Shown piece by piece: positions 37,102 to 45,521 of a DNA stretch of 64,000 nt. Location: positions 85,443-149,442 of the forward strand of contig CAWFSO010000001.1 of assembly GCA_963818525.1 (NCBI GenBank), given 5' to 3'. A model generated the notes under the pieces. It saw nothing but the letters and a program-made list of their open reading frames with translations, ran no database searches and was not told where the DNA came from. This DNA comes from an uncultured Rikenellaceae bacterium (lineage in GTDB: Bacteria; Bacteroidota; Bacteroidia; Bacteroidales; VadinHA17). How positions within the stretch are numbered: the stretch's first letter is position 1; each line of letters begins with the position of its first letter. Made by a program: the position numbers and the translations under genes.

Positions 37102-37841
37102 TGTGTCACTGTTTTTGGTCTGGCTATCTTCACGAAAAGTTCTTCTATCGACCGGGTGCCATAACTGGCCCGCAGTGCAGCAGGGGTGTCAAGGGCCACA
37201 ATCTTGCCCTCGTTCATTATAGTCACCCTGTCGCAGTATTCGGCTTCGTCCATGTAATGCGTGGTGACAAAAACGGTGATACCGCGTGATGCCGTCTCGT
37301 AAATCATCTCCCAGAACTGCCGGCGGGTGATGGGGTCAACGCCGCTGGTGGGTTCATCGAGAAAGACAATCTCAGGGTCATGAAAGACTGCCACGGCAAA
37401 GGCGAGTTTCTGCCTGAGTCCGAGGGGCATCGATTTTATCAGCATATCGCCGTACTGGCTGAAGCTGAGTCTGTTGAGCAGCTCTTCCCTGCGCGGGCGG
37501 ATCTCCTTCATTGTCATGCCGTAGATGCCTCCGTAGAGTTCAATGTTCTCGCTGACGGTAAGGTCCTCGTAGAGAGAGAAGCGCTGCGACATGTATCCGA
37601 TGCGTTTCTTGATCTCCTCAGGGCGGCCGGCATCGATGCCGGCTACGGTTACCTTGCCTGAGGTGGGACGCGACAGCCCGCAGAGTATCCTGATGGCCGT
37701 TGTCTTGCCTGCCCCGTTGGCGCCGAGGAAGCCGAAGATCTCTCCCCTGAAGACGTCAAAGGTCAGGTGGTCATTGGCCACAAACGACCCGAACCTCTTC
37801 ACCAGTTCCTTCACCTCTATGACCTTGTCTCTCTCTGTCAT
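37098..37841 (-). CDS. ABC transporter ATP-binding protein
   Basis: GANGAGKT, degenerate signature MPLGLRQ, FLDEPTSGVDP, TTHYMDEA. Confidence 0.92.
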   Translation of the reverse strand: MTERDKVIEVKELVKRFGSFVANDHLTFDVFRGEIFGFLGANGAGKTTAIRILCGLSRPTSGKVTVAGIDAGRPEEIKKRIGYMSQRFSLYEDLTVSENIELYGGIYGMTMKEIRPRREELLNRLSFSQYGDMLIKSMPLGLRQKLAFAVAVFHDPEIVFLDEPTSGVDPITRRQFWEMIYETASRGITVFVTTHYMDEAEYCDRVTIMNEGKIVALDTPAALRASYGTRSIEELFVKIARPKTVTQ

Positions 37842-38755
37842 GCTTCTCTTTTCATCAGTTCAAGGAAGACATCTTCGATGCCCGGGACGATCTCTTTGAT
37901 TTCGGCTCCGGGGAGGCCGGCGGATGCCAGGTCGGCTATCACCCCGCCGGGTGTGGCGCCTTCTGCGATGGTTATGTGGACGGAGTCGCCGAAGGGCTCA
38001 GCGTTGCCGGCGAAAACTTTTTGAGAGGAGCGGAGGGCGATCAGTAGCTTATACTTTTCCGTGTGGCTGACAGCAAACAGCTTCCTGCTGTAAGAACGAC
38101 GTATGTGGTCGGGGGTGTTTATGTCCAGTATCCTTCCCGACTGAATCAGGGCTATGCGGTCACAGCGCAGGGCTTCGTCCATATAGGGTGTTGAGACGAT
38201 GATGGTAATGCCTTCTCCCTTAAGACGTGAGAGCATCTCCCAGAATTCCGTGCGCGAGACGGCGTCGACGCCTGTGGTAGGCTCGTCGAGGATCAGGATA
38301 CTGGGCTTGTGGATGAGCGCACAGGAGAGTGCCAGTTTCTGCTTCATGCCACCCGAGAGACGTCCGGCCTGTCGTTTTCTGAATGGTTCTATCTGTTTGT
38401 ATATGGGCTCAATAAGATGATAGTTCTCTTTTACCGTTGTGCCGAAGATGGTGGCATAGAAGTTCAGGTTCTCCTCCACGGTGAGGTCTGTGTAGAGGCT
38501 GAAACGCCCGGGCATATAGCCGATGTGGTTGCGCAGTTCCCTGAACTTGCTGACGGTGTTGAGTCCGAAGAGGGTCATCCTGCCACCGGCAGGGATGATC
38601 AGGGTGGCGGCGATGCGGAAGAGGGTGGTCTTGCCAGCTCCGTCAGGACCGACAAAACCAAACAGTTCACCTTTGTCGACGGTGAATGAGAGATCGTCAA
38701 GGGCGGTTACCCTGCCGTACCTGTGGGTGATGTTATATGCCTCAATGGCTGCCAT
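37838..38755 (-). CDS. ABC transporter ATP-binding protein
   Basis: GPDGAGKT, LSGGMKQ, ILDEPTTGVD. Confidence 0.92.
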   Translation of the reverse strand: MAAIEAYNITHRYGRVTALDDLSFTVDKGELFGFVGPDGAGKTTLFRIAATLIIPAGGRMTLFGLNTVSKFRELRNHIGYMPGRFSLYTDLTVEENLNFYATIFGTTVKENYHLIEPIYKQIEPFRKRQAGRLSGGMKQKLALSCALIHKPSILILDEPTTGVDAVSRTEFWEMLSRLKGEGITIIVSTPYMDEALRCDRIALIQSGRILDINTPDHIRRSYSRKLFAVSHTEKYKLLIALRSSQKVFAGNAEPFGDSVHITIAEGATPGGVIADLASAGLPGAEIKEIVPGIEDVFLELMKREA

Positions 38756-38756
38756 C

Positions 38757-38941
38757 TCAGTTTAAGGTTGCTTTTGCGGTCGTCCCTGTCATTTCAGTTG
38801 AAGAGTGCTTCCCCGGGGGTTCCTTTAATATCAGTTGAAGATTGCCTTACCGTGGATTCCTTTCATATCAGTTGAAAATTGCCTCTCCAAGGGTTCATTT
38901 CATATCAGTTGAAGATCGCTTCTCCGGGCATGCCTGCCTTT
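38757..38941 (-). repeat. Five 37 bp tandem units derived from the hlyD 3' end
   Basis: tcagtt recurs at 38757, 38794, 38831, 38868 and 38905 (exact 37-nt period); the unit at 38905 is the hlyD stop region itself. Confidence 0.88.
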
Positions 38942-39786
38942 ATTGAGCCGTCGTTGGGGACTTCTATGGTGACGGCATAGACGAGCGTGACACGTTCCTC
39001 CTTTGTCTGGATGATTTTCGGCGTGAACTCCGCTTTTTCCGACACGTGTTTGATGGTCCCGGTAAGGTTCATAAATCCTTTCTCACCCTCGTCGATGCGC
39101 ACGGTGCATCCGGCGCCCAGCTTCACCTCTGCCAGCTGTGCTCCGCTGACCCATACCTTAAGTTCCATGGTCTTCATGTCGGCGATCTTCACCAGCGGCT
39201 TGCCGGCGGCGGTTATCTCGTGGGCCGAGACGTACTTCTCAATGACGGTGGCGTCGAAGGGAGCGCGGATGGTGCTGCGGGCTATCTGTTCGTTGAGGAG
39301 GGCGCGTTTGGCCTCCACTCCCTGCATCTCCGCAGCCACAGCACGGCGTTGGGTGTTGTTGGCGTCGGACTGTCGGCGGAGCACCTCCATCTGGCCGGTG
39401 AGGTCATCGAGTTGTTTCTGCGTGGCGGCGCCGTCAGCAAGCATGCGGCGCGTGCGGTCAATGTTGACGGTGAGGTTCTCGATCTGCTGGCGTATGACCG
39501 CATCCTGCGCCGCAATGCCTGCCAGGCGCGCCTGCGCCTGTGCCGTCACCGCATCGAGCTCGGCACGCTGCAGCACCGCCATGGTAGTGTCGGTGACGGC
39601 AATGACGGCGCCGCCCGCCACCACCATGCCCTCGGTGACATCCATGAGTACTATCTTGCCCGACGTCTCAGAGGAGATGATAACCTCATCAGCCTCAAAG
39701 GTGCCAAATGCATCCGCATCACTCTCGCCGCGGCCACAGCCGGCTGCAAGAAGAAAAACGATGGGTATGAGTAACTTTTTCATCAT
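38905..39786 (-). CDS. HlyD family efflux periplasmic adaptor
   Basis: Lipobox AAGC, GTFEA, coiled-coil hairpin, IRAP, AEFTPKIIQTKEER, GMPGE. Confidence 0.92.
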   Translation of the reverse strand: MMKKLLIPIVFLLAAGCGRGESDADAFGTFEADEVIISSETSGKIVLMDVTEGMVVAGGAVIAVTDTTMAVLQRAELDAVTAQAQARLAGIAAQDAVIRQQIENLTVNIDRTRRMLADGAATQKQLDDLTGQMEVLRRQSDANNTQRRAVAAEMQGVEAKRALLNEQIARSTIRAPFDATVIEKYVSAHEITAAGKPLVKIADMKTMELKVWVSGAQLAEVKLGAGCTVRIDEGEKGFMNLTGTIKHVSEKAEFTPKIIQTKEERVTLVYAVTIEVPNDGSIKAGMPGEAIFN

Positions 39787-39885
39787 TGAATGGTTGGTTT
39801 TTTATGATATGAAGGAACATCCATGCAGTTCATTATTTTACTATTGCGATTGAATTTTTTCATGCATGCATATTGCTTCTTCCTG

Positions 39886-41169
39886 CTATTTACTGTATCC
39901 GGTTATATATATGTATTCCACTTCTGCCCTTGCTATGCTGATCTTGCGGGCAGCAGCGCCGATTATCGCCTGCTTCTCATTGTTAAGCTCCGTCAGGTAC
40001 TGTGAGGCGGTGATTGTGCCATTTGCCAGCTGTGACGCTGCCACGCCGGAGATTTTTTTCCTTATCCCTATCAGCTCGTCATCACGGCCTGCAGCCTCCC
40101 GCAGGGATGTGATCTCCGCCATCTTGACGGTAAGCATGCGCTGCAACGATTCCTCCGCGGCACTCTTTTTCAGATCAAGCAGCTCCTGCTGCAGAGCCAG
40201 CGATTTTCTTTCGTTGCTGTTTTTATTCCAGTCGAAGATATTCCATTTGATGCCTGCTCCCAGGGAATAATAGAAGTCCGGGTTTTCCGAAAAGAAGTCA
40301 TTGCCGGGTGGATTGCCATACCCTGCCTGGGCAAACCCGAAGGCTTTCGGCATTCGCTGGCTCTTCAGCAGGCTCTTGGTCACCTCCATCTGGCGGCTGC
40401 GCACATCAAACAGGCGGAGCTCGGGGTTGTCAGGAGTCTCATCACCCGTTATCACCGGCTCAGGCAATAAGAGGTCAAAATCCTTCAACCCTGACATGCC
40501 CGTAACCTGCTCCAGCGCAGAGAACAGGGCATCACGGCGCTGACGAAGCTCCGAGGCGGTCTGTTCAGCCCGGATCATCTCAGCCCTGAGCACATCAAGG
40601 GTCACTGTGGGAACGACACCATTCTCAATGCCTGAGGAGGCCTCCCTGGTACGCGCCTCAAGATCGGAGATGAGCAGGTCAGTAACCTCTATCTGGCTTT
40701 CTGTAAGCAGGAGCGAAAAGAAATAGTTGTTCACCTGTTCCCGGAGACGATAGATGTCAGCCTCGTTCTGCTGCATGTTCAGTTCACTGACAACCTGCTC
40801 CACCGCCCTGGCGTTGCGCGTCACCCCTCCGTCCCATATGACCTGGCTGATGTCAAAGGTGCCCCTGTACTGTTCGTGGGGGATAGACGGGAGGGATCCC
40901 GGAGGCAGGGGAAAGCCGGAGAGAGATTCCGCCATATCAACAACGTCAGACTGATAGGTAAAGGTTGCACCGAGGTCAAGTGACGGCAGCCATGATGACG
41001 CGAGGTTCTGGTCACGCAACATTGTCATCTCTGAATATAACTCCCTCTCACCTGACAGAGGCGTCACGGCGGCAGCTGAATCGTAGCACTGCCAGAGCGT
41101 CACTGTCTGCTGTGACCAGGAGGCCGTCATTGCTGAGAGCAGTACGGCGACTGCAATTATCCTTTTCAT
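39886..41169 (-). CDS. TolC family outer membrane efflux protein
   Basis: Signal peptide, WLPSLDL, SQVIWDGG, GIKWNIFDW, GTITASQYL. Confidence 0.9.
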   Translation of the reverse strand: MKRIIAVAVLLSAMTASWSQQTVTLWQCYDSAAAVTPLSGERELYSEMTMLRDQNLASSWLPSLDLGATFTYQSDVVDMAESLSGFPLPPGSLPSIPHEQYRGTFDISQVIWDGGVTRNARAVEQVVSELNMQQNEADIYRLREQVNNYFFSLLLTESQIEVTDLLISDLEARTREASSGIENGVVPTVTLDVLRAEMIRAEQTASELRQRRDALFSALEQVTGMSGLKDFDLLLPEPVITGDETPDNPELRLFDVRSRQMEVTKSLLKSQRMPKAFGFAQAGYGNPPGNDFFSENPDFYYSLGAGIKWNIFDWNKNSNERKSLALQQELLDLKKSAAEESLQRMLTVKMAEITSLREAAGRDDELIGIRKKISGVAASQLANGTITASQYLTELNNEKQAIIGAAARKISIARAEVEYIYITGYSK

Positions 41170-41801
41170 TTCTTCCGGTTTTTTAATGCAGCGAAGAGCA
41201 GTCCGGACGCAAACTCTTTCCGCTCACGCATGTATTGGTTGAACTTTTTTCTATCGCTTAATTCCGGCATGAGCACGGAAATCATACTATGTGCTGCCAT
41301 CGGGAATACGGAGAAGGATACTATGGTTACCATCAGCTGGGACATATCTGATTTTTTTATGCCATACCCCTTCAGCTCCTTTGCGTGCTGTTCATAAATC
41401 TTAGTCTTCAGGTCCCCGAGCCTGACCGTATCACTGATCGATTCATAGAACTCAGGGTTCTGCGACATTTCATTCAGCAGGAAAAGCGGCAGTTTGGGAT
41501 TTTTGATCATGAACTCGATATGCTCGTCGAGAAACTTCTTTATCTTTTCCTTGAAGGTGAGATCCTCTCCCAGGATGGAGATGATCTTTTCAAACATCTT
41601 TTTCAGGAGCACAATGAAGACCGCTTTGAAAAGCTCGTCCTTGCTGCGGAAGTAGTAATGAAGGAGTGCTTTGTTTATTCCGGCCCTGTCCGCTATCTCC
41701 TGCATCCTTGCCCCGGAATGGCCCTTCTCCTCGAATATCTCGCTGGCTGCCATGAAAATCTTCTCCTTCGTATGGCTGTCAGTCTCCCTGGGTTTTATCA
41801 T
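41166..41801 (-). CDS. TetR/AcrR family transcriptional regulator
   Basis: KIFMAASEIFEEKGHSGARMQEIADRAGINKALLHYYFRSKDELF. Confidence 0.95.
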   Translation of the reverse strand: MIKPRETDSHTKEKIFMAASEIFEEKGHSGARMQEIADRAGINKALLHYYFRSKDELFKAVFIVLLKKMFEKIISILGEDLTFKEKIKKFLDEHIEFMIKNPKLPLFLLNEMSQNPEFYESISDTVRLGDLKTKIYEQHAKELKGYGIKKSDMSQLMVTIVSFSVFPMAAHSMISVLMPELSDRKKFNQYMRERKEFASGLLFAALKNRKK

Positions 41802-41806
41802 TATAT

Positions 41807-41876
41807 TTAACCTTATAGTTTAACCATATAGATTAACCAATCGGTCAAAAGTAAGTGATTAATTTTGAATTTGCAA
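41807..41876 (-). promoter_or_regulatory. Promoter and triple TetR operator of the efflux operon
   Basis: TTAACC at 41807, 41820 and 41833 (13-nt period) forming imperfect palindromes such as ttaaccaatcggtcaa; minus-strand TACTTTTG (41846-41853) with TTG 20 nt upstream. Confidence 0.65.
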
Positions 41877-41936
41877 TAGAGCCGCCATTTTTTTATTTTT
41901 GAAGATCAAATATTTTATCACTCTGAAATTAAGGCA

Positions 41937-42680
41937 ATGAAAAAGTTATCCGCAAAATTGCTGCGGTGGCTGCTGGGAATCGGGTTATTCATTATTGCGC
42001 TCTCAATCCTCTACCTGATAGTCTTCAGATCCACCGTAAGGAAAATGACTCCCGCTGAAACGGACCGGCTGACCGAAGACGTTTATGCCGTAAGGGACAA
42101 GTATGTGAACATGTACCTGGTCAGGGACGGTAATGATTTCATAGCAATTGATGCCGGCATCAGGCCGGGAGCAGTTAAGGCCCAGATGAAGAAGCTCGGC
42201 ATAGATCCGGACAGGGTGAAGGCTGTCTTCCTGACACATACAGACGCCGACCATGCAGGGGGAGTCTCACTCTTTAAAAACGCAGTCGTATACCTGCATG
42301 AAGATGAGGAACAGATGATAAACGGAGAGACCGGCAGGGTAATGTGGATCGGGAACAAAATGAGCGTTCCTGATTACCGCCTTCTTGATGAAAAGGTCAT
42401 TAGAACAGGTGATCTGAAGATCGACCCGGTGCCAACCCCGGGTCACACGACAGGTCTCACCTGTTACATAGTGAATGACAAATATCTGTTTACAGGGGAT
42501 GCTGTAAGCCTGGAGAACGGGGTGATCGGACTCTTCCCCAGATACATAAACAAGAATGGTCGCAAAGCACGGAAGTCAATTGACAATATAACCGGCCTCG
42601 AGGGTGTACAGTATCTCTTCACAGGGCATCACGGCTACACCGCGGATTATAATTCCGCTGTCACTGGTTATGGGAAATAG
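41937..42680 (+). CDS. MBL-fold metallo-hydrolase with N-terminal membrane anchor
   Basis: IDAG, THTDADH, TPGHT, LFTGD, TGHHG. Confidence 0.88.
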   Translation: MKKLSAKLLRWLLGIGLFIIALSILYLIVFRSTVRKMTPAETDRLTEDVYAVRDKYVNMYLVRDGNDFIAIDAGIRPGAVKAQMKKLGIDPDRVKAVFLTHTDADHAGGVSLFKNAVVYLHEDEEQMINGETGRVMWIGNKMSVPDYRLLDEKVIRTGDLKIDPVPTPGHTTGLTCYIVNDKYLFTGDAVSLENGVIGLFPRYINKNGRKARKSIDNITGLEGVQYLFTGHHGYTADYNSAVTGYGK

Positions 42681-42770
42681 GCTGCCTGCCGGTGGCAACA
42701 CTGATCATCTGGTTTGATTCCAGGAAACAGGCTGCCTTCAGATGGCGGCCCTGATCACCTGGTGTGATCA
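42673..42770. repeat. Imperfect 50 bp duplication spanning the stop codons of two convergent genes
   Basis: ggaaataggctgcct...ctgatcatctggtttgat (42673) versus ggaaacaggctgcct...ctgatcacctggtgtgat (42723). Confidence 0.7.
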
Positions 42771-43657
42771 GAGATGAACGTTACGATTTTCCTGAATGAA
42801 TCGACCATATTTGCGCCAGTCCAGCCATGACCCTCTCCCGGGTAATAAACGAGCTGGTTAACAACTCCGGCAGCATCAAGACCGGCAATCAGCTGGCTTG
42901 TCTGTGAAGGTGGCACGAGAGGATCGGCCCCTCCCTGCAGTGCAATTGTAGGGGGACTGTCACCTGAGATGTATTCTGAAGGACTTGACGATGCGTACAA
43001 TGAGGGATTGTCAGCCAGAAAAGCCCCGGTGGCGCCGTACAGGATCAGCTGTTGTACGATACCGTAATTCCATAGCGCTGCAAGATCATAAGGTCCGAAA
43101 AAATCAACGACCGCCCTGACATGCCCTTCGGGATCATTCTTGTAAGCATGCAGCATTGCAAGATGTCCTCCTGCACTGGCACCCAACAGCACAAGATCAT
43201 CGGAGACCATATACTCCTCAGCATGGTTGAGGTAGTATTCGATGGCGCTTTTTACGTCATTTTCCTGAGTCGGAAACAGGTTTACGCTGTTATTATAAGC
43301 AAGCCTGTAATTTATATTGACAACGGCAAAATCGGGCATCAGTTTCCTGAGTGTATCGACATAAGGGTTCATCTCTGATTTATTTCCTTCAACCCATCCG
43401 CCACCGTGGATAAAGACAACAGTCTTTGTTGAGGCACGGGTCCTGCCCTCCGGCAGATATATATCCATCTTCTGCTGTCCGCTCTCTCCGTAAGAAACAT
43501 CCTTATTGATCTGCTCTTCTCCCGTTGCAGGTTCCTTTTTACATGATGAAAGCGTCGCTGTAACTATTAATGCTGCAGTCATAAGCAGGGTCCATGCGGT
43601 TGTTTTATCTGATCTGTTCACGGCAGTTGCATATTTACAAATCGGCGAGTACATCAT
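42755..43657 (-). CDS. Alpha/beta hydrolase (esterase/lipase) lipoprotein
   Basis: Lipobox SSC, HGGGW, NYRL, GASAGG, G.ADPLVP, EGHGW; start uncertain. Confidence 0.88.
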   Translation of the reverse strand: MMYSPICKYATAVNRSDKTTAWTLLMTAALIVTATLSSCKKEPATGEEQINKDVSYGESGQQKMDIYLPEGRTRASTKTVVFIHGGGWVEGNKSEMNPYVDTLRKLMPDFAVVNINYRLAYNNSVNLFPTQENDVKSAIEYYLNHAEEYMVSDDLVLLGASAGGHLAMLHAYKNDPEGHVRAVVDFFGPYDLAALWNYGIVQQLILYGATGAFLADNPSLYASSSPSEYISGDSPPTIALQGGADPLVPPSQTSQLIAGLDAAGVVNQLVYYPGEGHGWTGANMVDSFRKIVTFISDHTR

Positions 43658-43747
43658 ATTATCTTTCAGGTGATATGAGATCGTAACGGAGAGAATGAGA
43701 CACTATTGCCCCGAAACAATTGCCCCAAGCATTTTGTTATGATCTAA

Positions 43748-44638
43748 ATGAATCGACAGATGAAGACACGAAATATAGAAAAGATACTGCCACCGCCACC
43801 GGTGCATTTCGTTGGCGACGGGTTCAGGGTGCACAACTTCATTCCGGGATTATACCCGCTCTCAATGGCAAGGATGGATCCTTTCATCCTGCTTGATTAC
43901 AATTCGAAATTTTATTTCTCCCCGACAGATAAGCCAAGGGGAGTCGGGGTGCATCCCCACCGCGGATTTGAAACAGTCTCCATAGCCTACAGCGGCAGGA
44001 TAGCCCATCACGACAGCTTCGGGAACAGCGGTGTGATAGGAGAGGGCGATGTGCAGTGGATGACAGCATCATCCGGATTGCTTCATAAGGAGTACCACGA
44101 GAAGGAGTTTGCACGGCTTGGTGGCGACTTCCACATGGTGCAGCTGTGGGTCAACCTGCCGGCAAAGGACAAGATGTCGCCTCCCAAATACCAACCCATC
44201 ACAAACGAACAGATGGGTAAGCACCTGCTGCCAGACAACAGCGGTGTCATTGAGGTTATAGCCGGATCATACGGCAGCACCAAAGGTCCGGCATCCACAT
44301 TCACTCCTGTTGACCTGCTGAATGCAAGGCTGAACGCCGGAGGCAGTGCTGATTTTGTCTTTCCTGCCAGGCATAATACCGCCCTGCTCCTTGTTGAAGG
44401 AAAGATCCGAATTAACGGCACTGAAATAGTACCCGTGGATCACTTTGTACTCTTTAAAAACGATGGCAACACATTCACAGTTGAGGCAACAGAGAAATCC
44501 ATTGCACTCATCCTCAGCGGTGAACCGATCTTCGAGCCTATAGCAGCCCAGGGCCCGTTCGTCATGAACACCAAAACAGAGATCTACCAGGCATTTGAAG
44601 ATGTTGAGAACGGAAAGTTCGGCCGTCTGGAGGATTGA
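43748..44638 (+). CDS. Pirin family protein
   Basis: DPFILLD, HPHRGFETV, HHDS, QWMTA.SGLLHKE, QLWVNLP, GPFVMNT. Confidence 0.95.
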   Translation: MNRQMKTRNIEKILPPPPVHFVGDGFRVHNFIPGLYPLSMARMDPFILLDYNSKFYFSPTDKPRGVGVHPHRGFETVSIAYSGRIAHHDSFGNSGVIGEGDVQWMTASSGLLHKEYHEKEFARLGGDFHMVQLWVNLPAKDKMSPPKYQPITNEQMGKHLLPDNSGVIEVIAGSYGSTKGPASTFTPVDLLNARLNAGGSADFVFPARHNTALLLVEGKIRINGTEIVPVDHFVLFKNDGNTFTVEATEKSIALILSGEPIFEPIAAQGPFVMNTKTEIYQAFEDVENGKFGRLED

Positions 44639-44680
44639 GCATATCAATAAAGATGTACATTTGCATCAGACTTTTGCTGA

Positions 44681-45058
44681 ATGCTCAAGAACATCCTTAT
44701 CATTGGCTCCGGCGGATTCGCAGGCAGTGTGGCACGCTACCTGGTTTCACAGCTTAACCTTAATGTCAGCTTCCTTTCAATACCGGTCGGAACACTGCTG
44801 GTTAACATCATCGGCAGTTTTGCCATTGGATTCCTGACTGGTATTGCTGAAAAAAGCATGATCCTTACGCTCGAATGGAGGCTTTTCCTGATGGTGGGAC
44901 TCTGCGGCGGTTTCACAACATTTTCAGCGTTTGCCAATGAGAATCTGATGCTTATTCACAGTGGCCAGATTCTGTCGGTGCTGCTCTATACAGGCCTGAG
45001 TATCTTCCTCGGGTTCCTTGCAGTATACCTTGGTTATGTTCTGACTAATCTTCTCTGA
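44681..45058 (+). CDS. crcB: Fluoride efflux channel CrcB/FluC
   Basis: GGFAGSVARY, GTLLVNIIGSF, GLCGGFTTFSAF. Confidence 0.95.
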   Translation: MLKNILIIGSGGFAGSVARYLVSQLNLNVSFLSIPVGTLLVNIIGSFAIGFLTGIAEKSMILTLEWRLFLMVGLCGGFTTFSAFANENLMLIHSGQILSVLLYTGLSIFLGFLAVYLGYVLTNLL

Positions 45059-45060
45059 CT

Positions 45061-45420
45061 ATGGAAAAGATCTCCCATTCAATAATGAAAGTATATGCCA
45101 GCTCAACCGACAGGCTGGGCTCACAGCTGCTGTATGAAGCTGTTGTTTACCGGGCCAGGGAAGCAGGTATCTCGGGCGCTACAGTATACAGGGGTGTGAT
45201 GGGTTACGGGCTCAGCACCCATATACACTCCTCAAAATTCTGGGAGCTGACAGAAAAATTGCCCGTGGTCGTTGAACTGATTGACCAGAAGGAAAAGATT
45301 GATGCATTCTACAACCTGATATCACCTGACCTCTCTGCCCTGCCCAAGGGTTGCCTGGTAACAATCGGCCCCGTGGAGGTTAAACTCCATAAGCACGGAG
45401 AAAAGCCACGCAACCACTGA
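45061..45420 (+). CDS. DUF190 (PII-like) protein
   Basis: LYEAVV..ARE.GISGATVYRGVMGYG, LPVVVELID; typical crcB partner. Confidence 0.9.
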   Translation: MEKISHSIMKVYASSTDRLGSQLLYEAVVYRAREAGISGATVYRGVMGYGLSTHIHSSKFWELTEKLPVVVELIDQKEKIDAFYNLISPDLSALPKGCLVTIGPVEVKLHKHGEKPRNH

Positions 45421-45521
45421 GTCCCGAATTGTTTAAGCCCTTTTCCCTTGCACTTTTCGCCATTAAGTCATAAATTTATGGTGCATTTCCTCCTTTTATT
45501 GTGCAACATAAATTTTGAGTC

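Noticed and set aside
38757-38941. 37-bp periodic repeat as a CRISPR array
   Set aside because: Units abut with no unique spacers, are degenerate, derive from the hlyD coding end, and no cas genes are present.
44638-44681. Fluoride riboswitch upstream of crcB
   Set aside because: Only 42 nt of intergenic space and no recognisable GGCGAUGG core.
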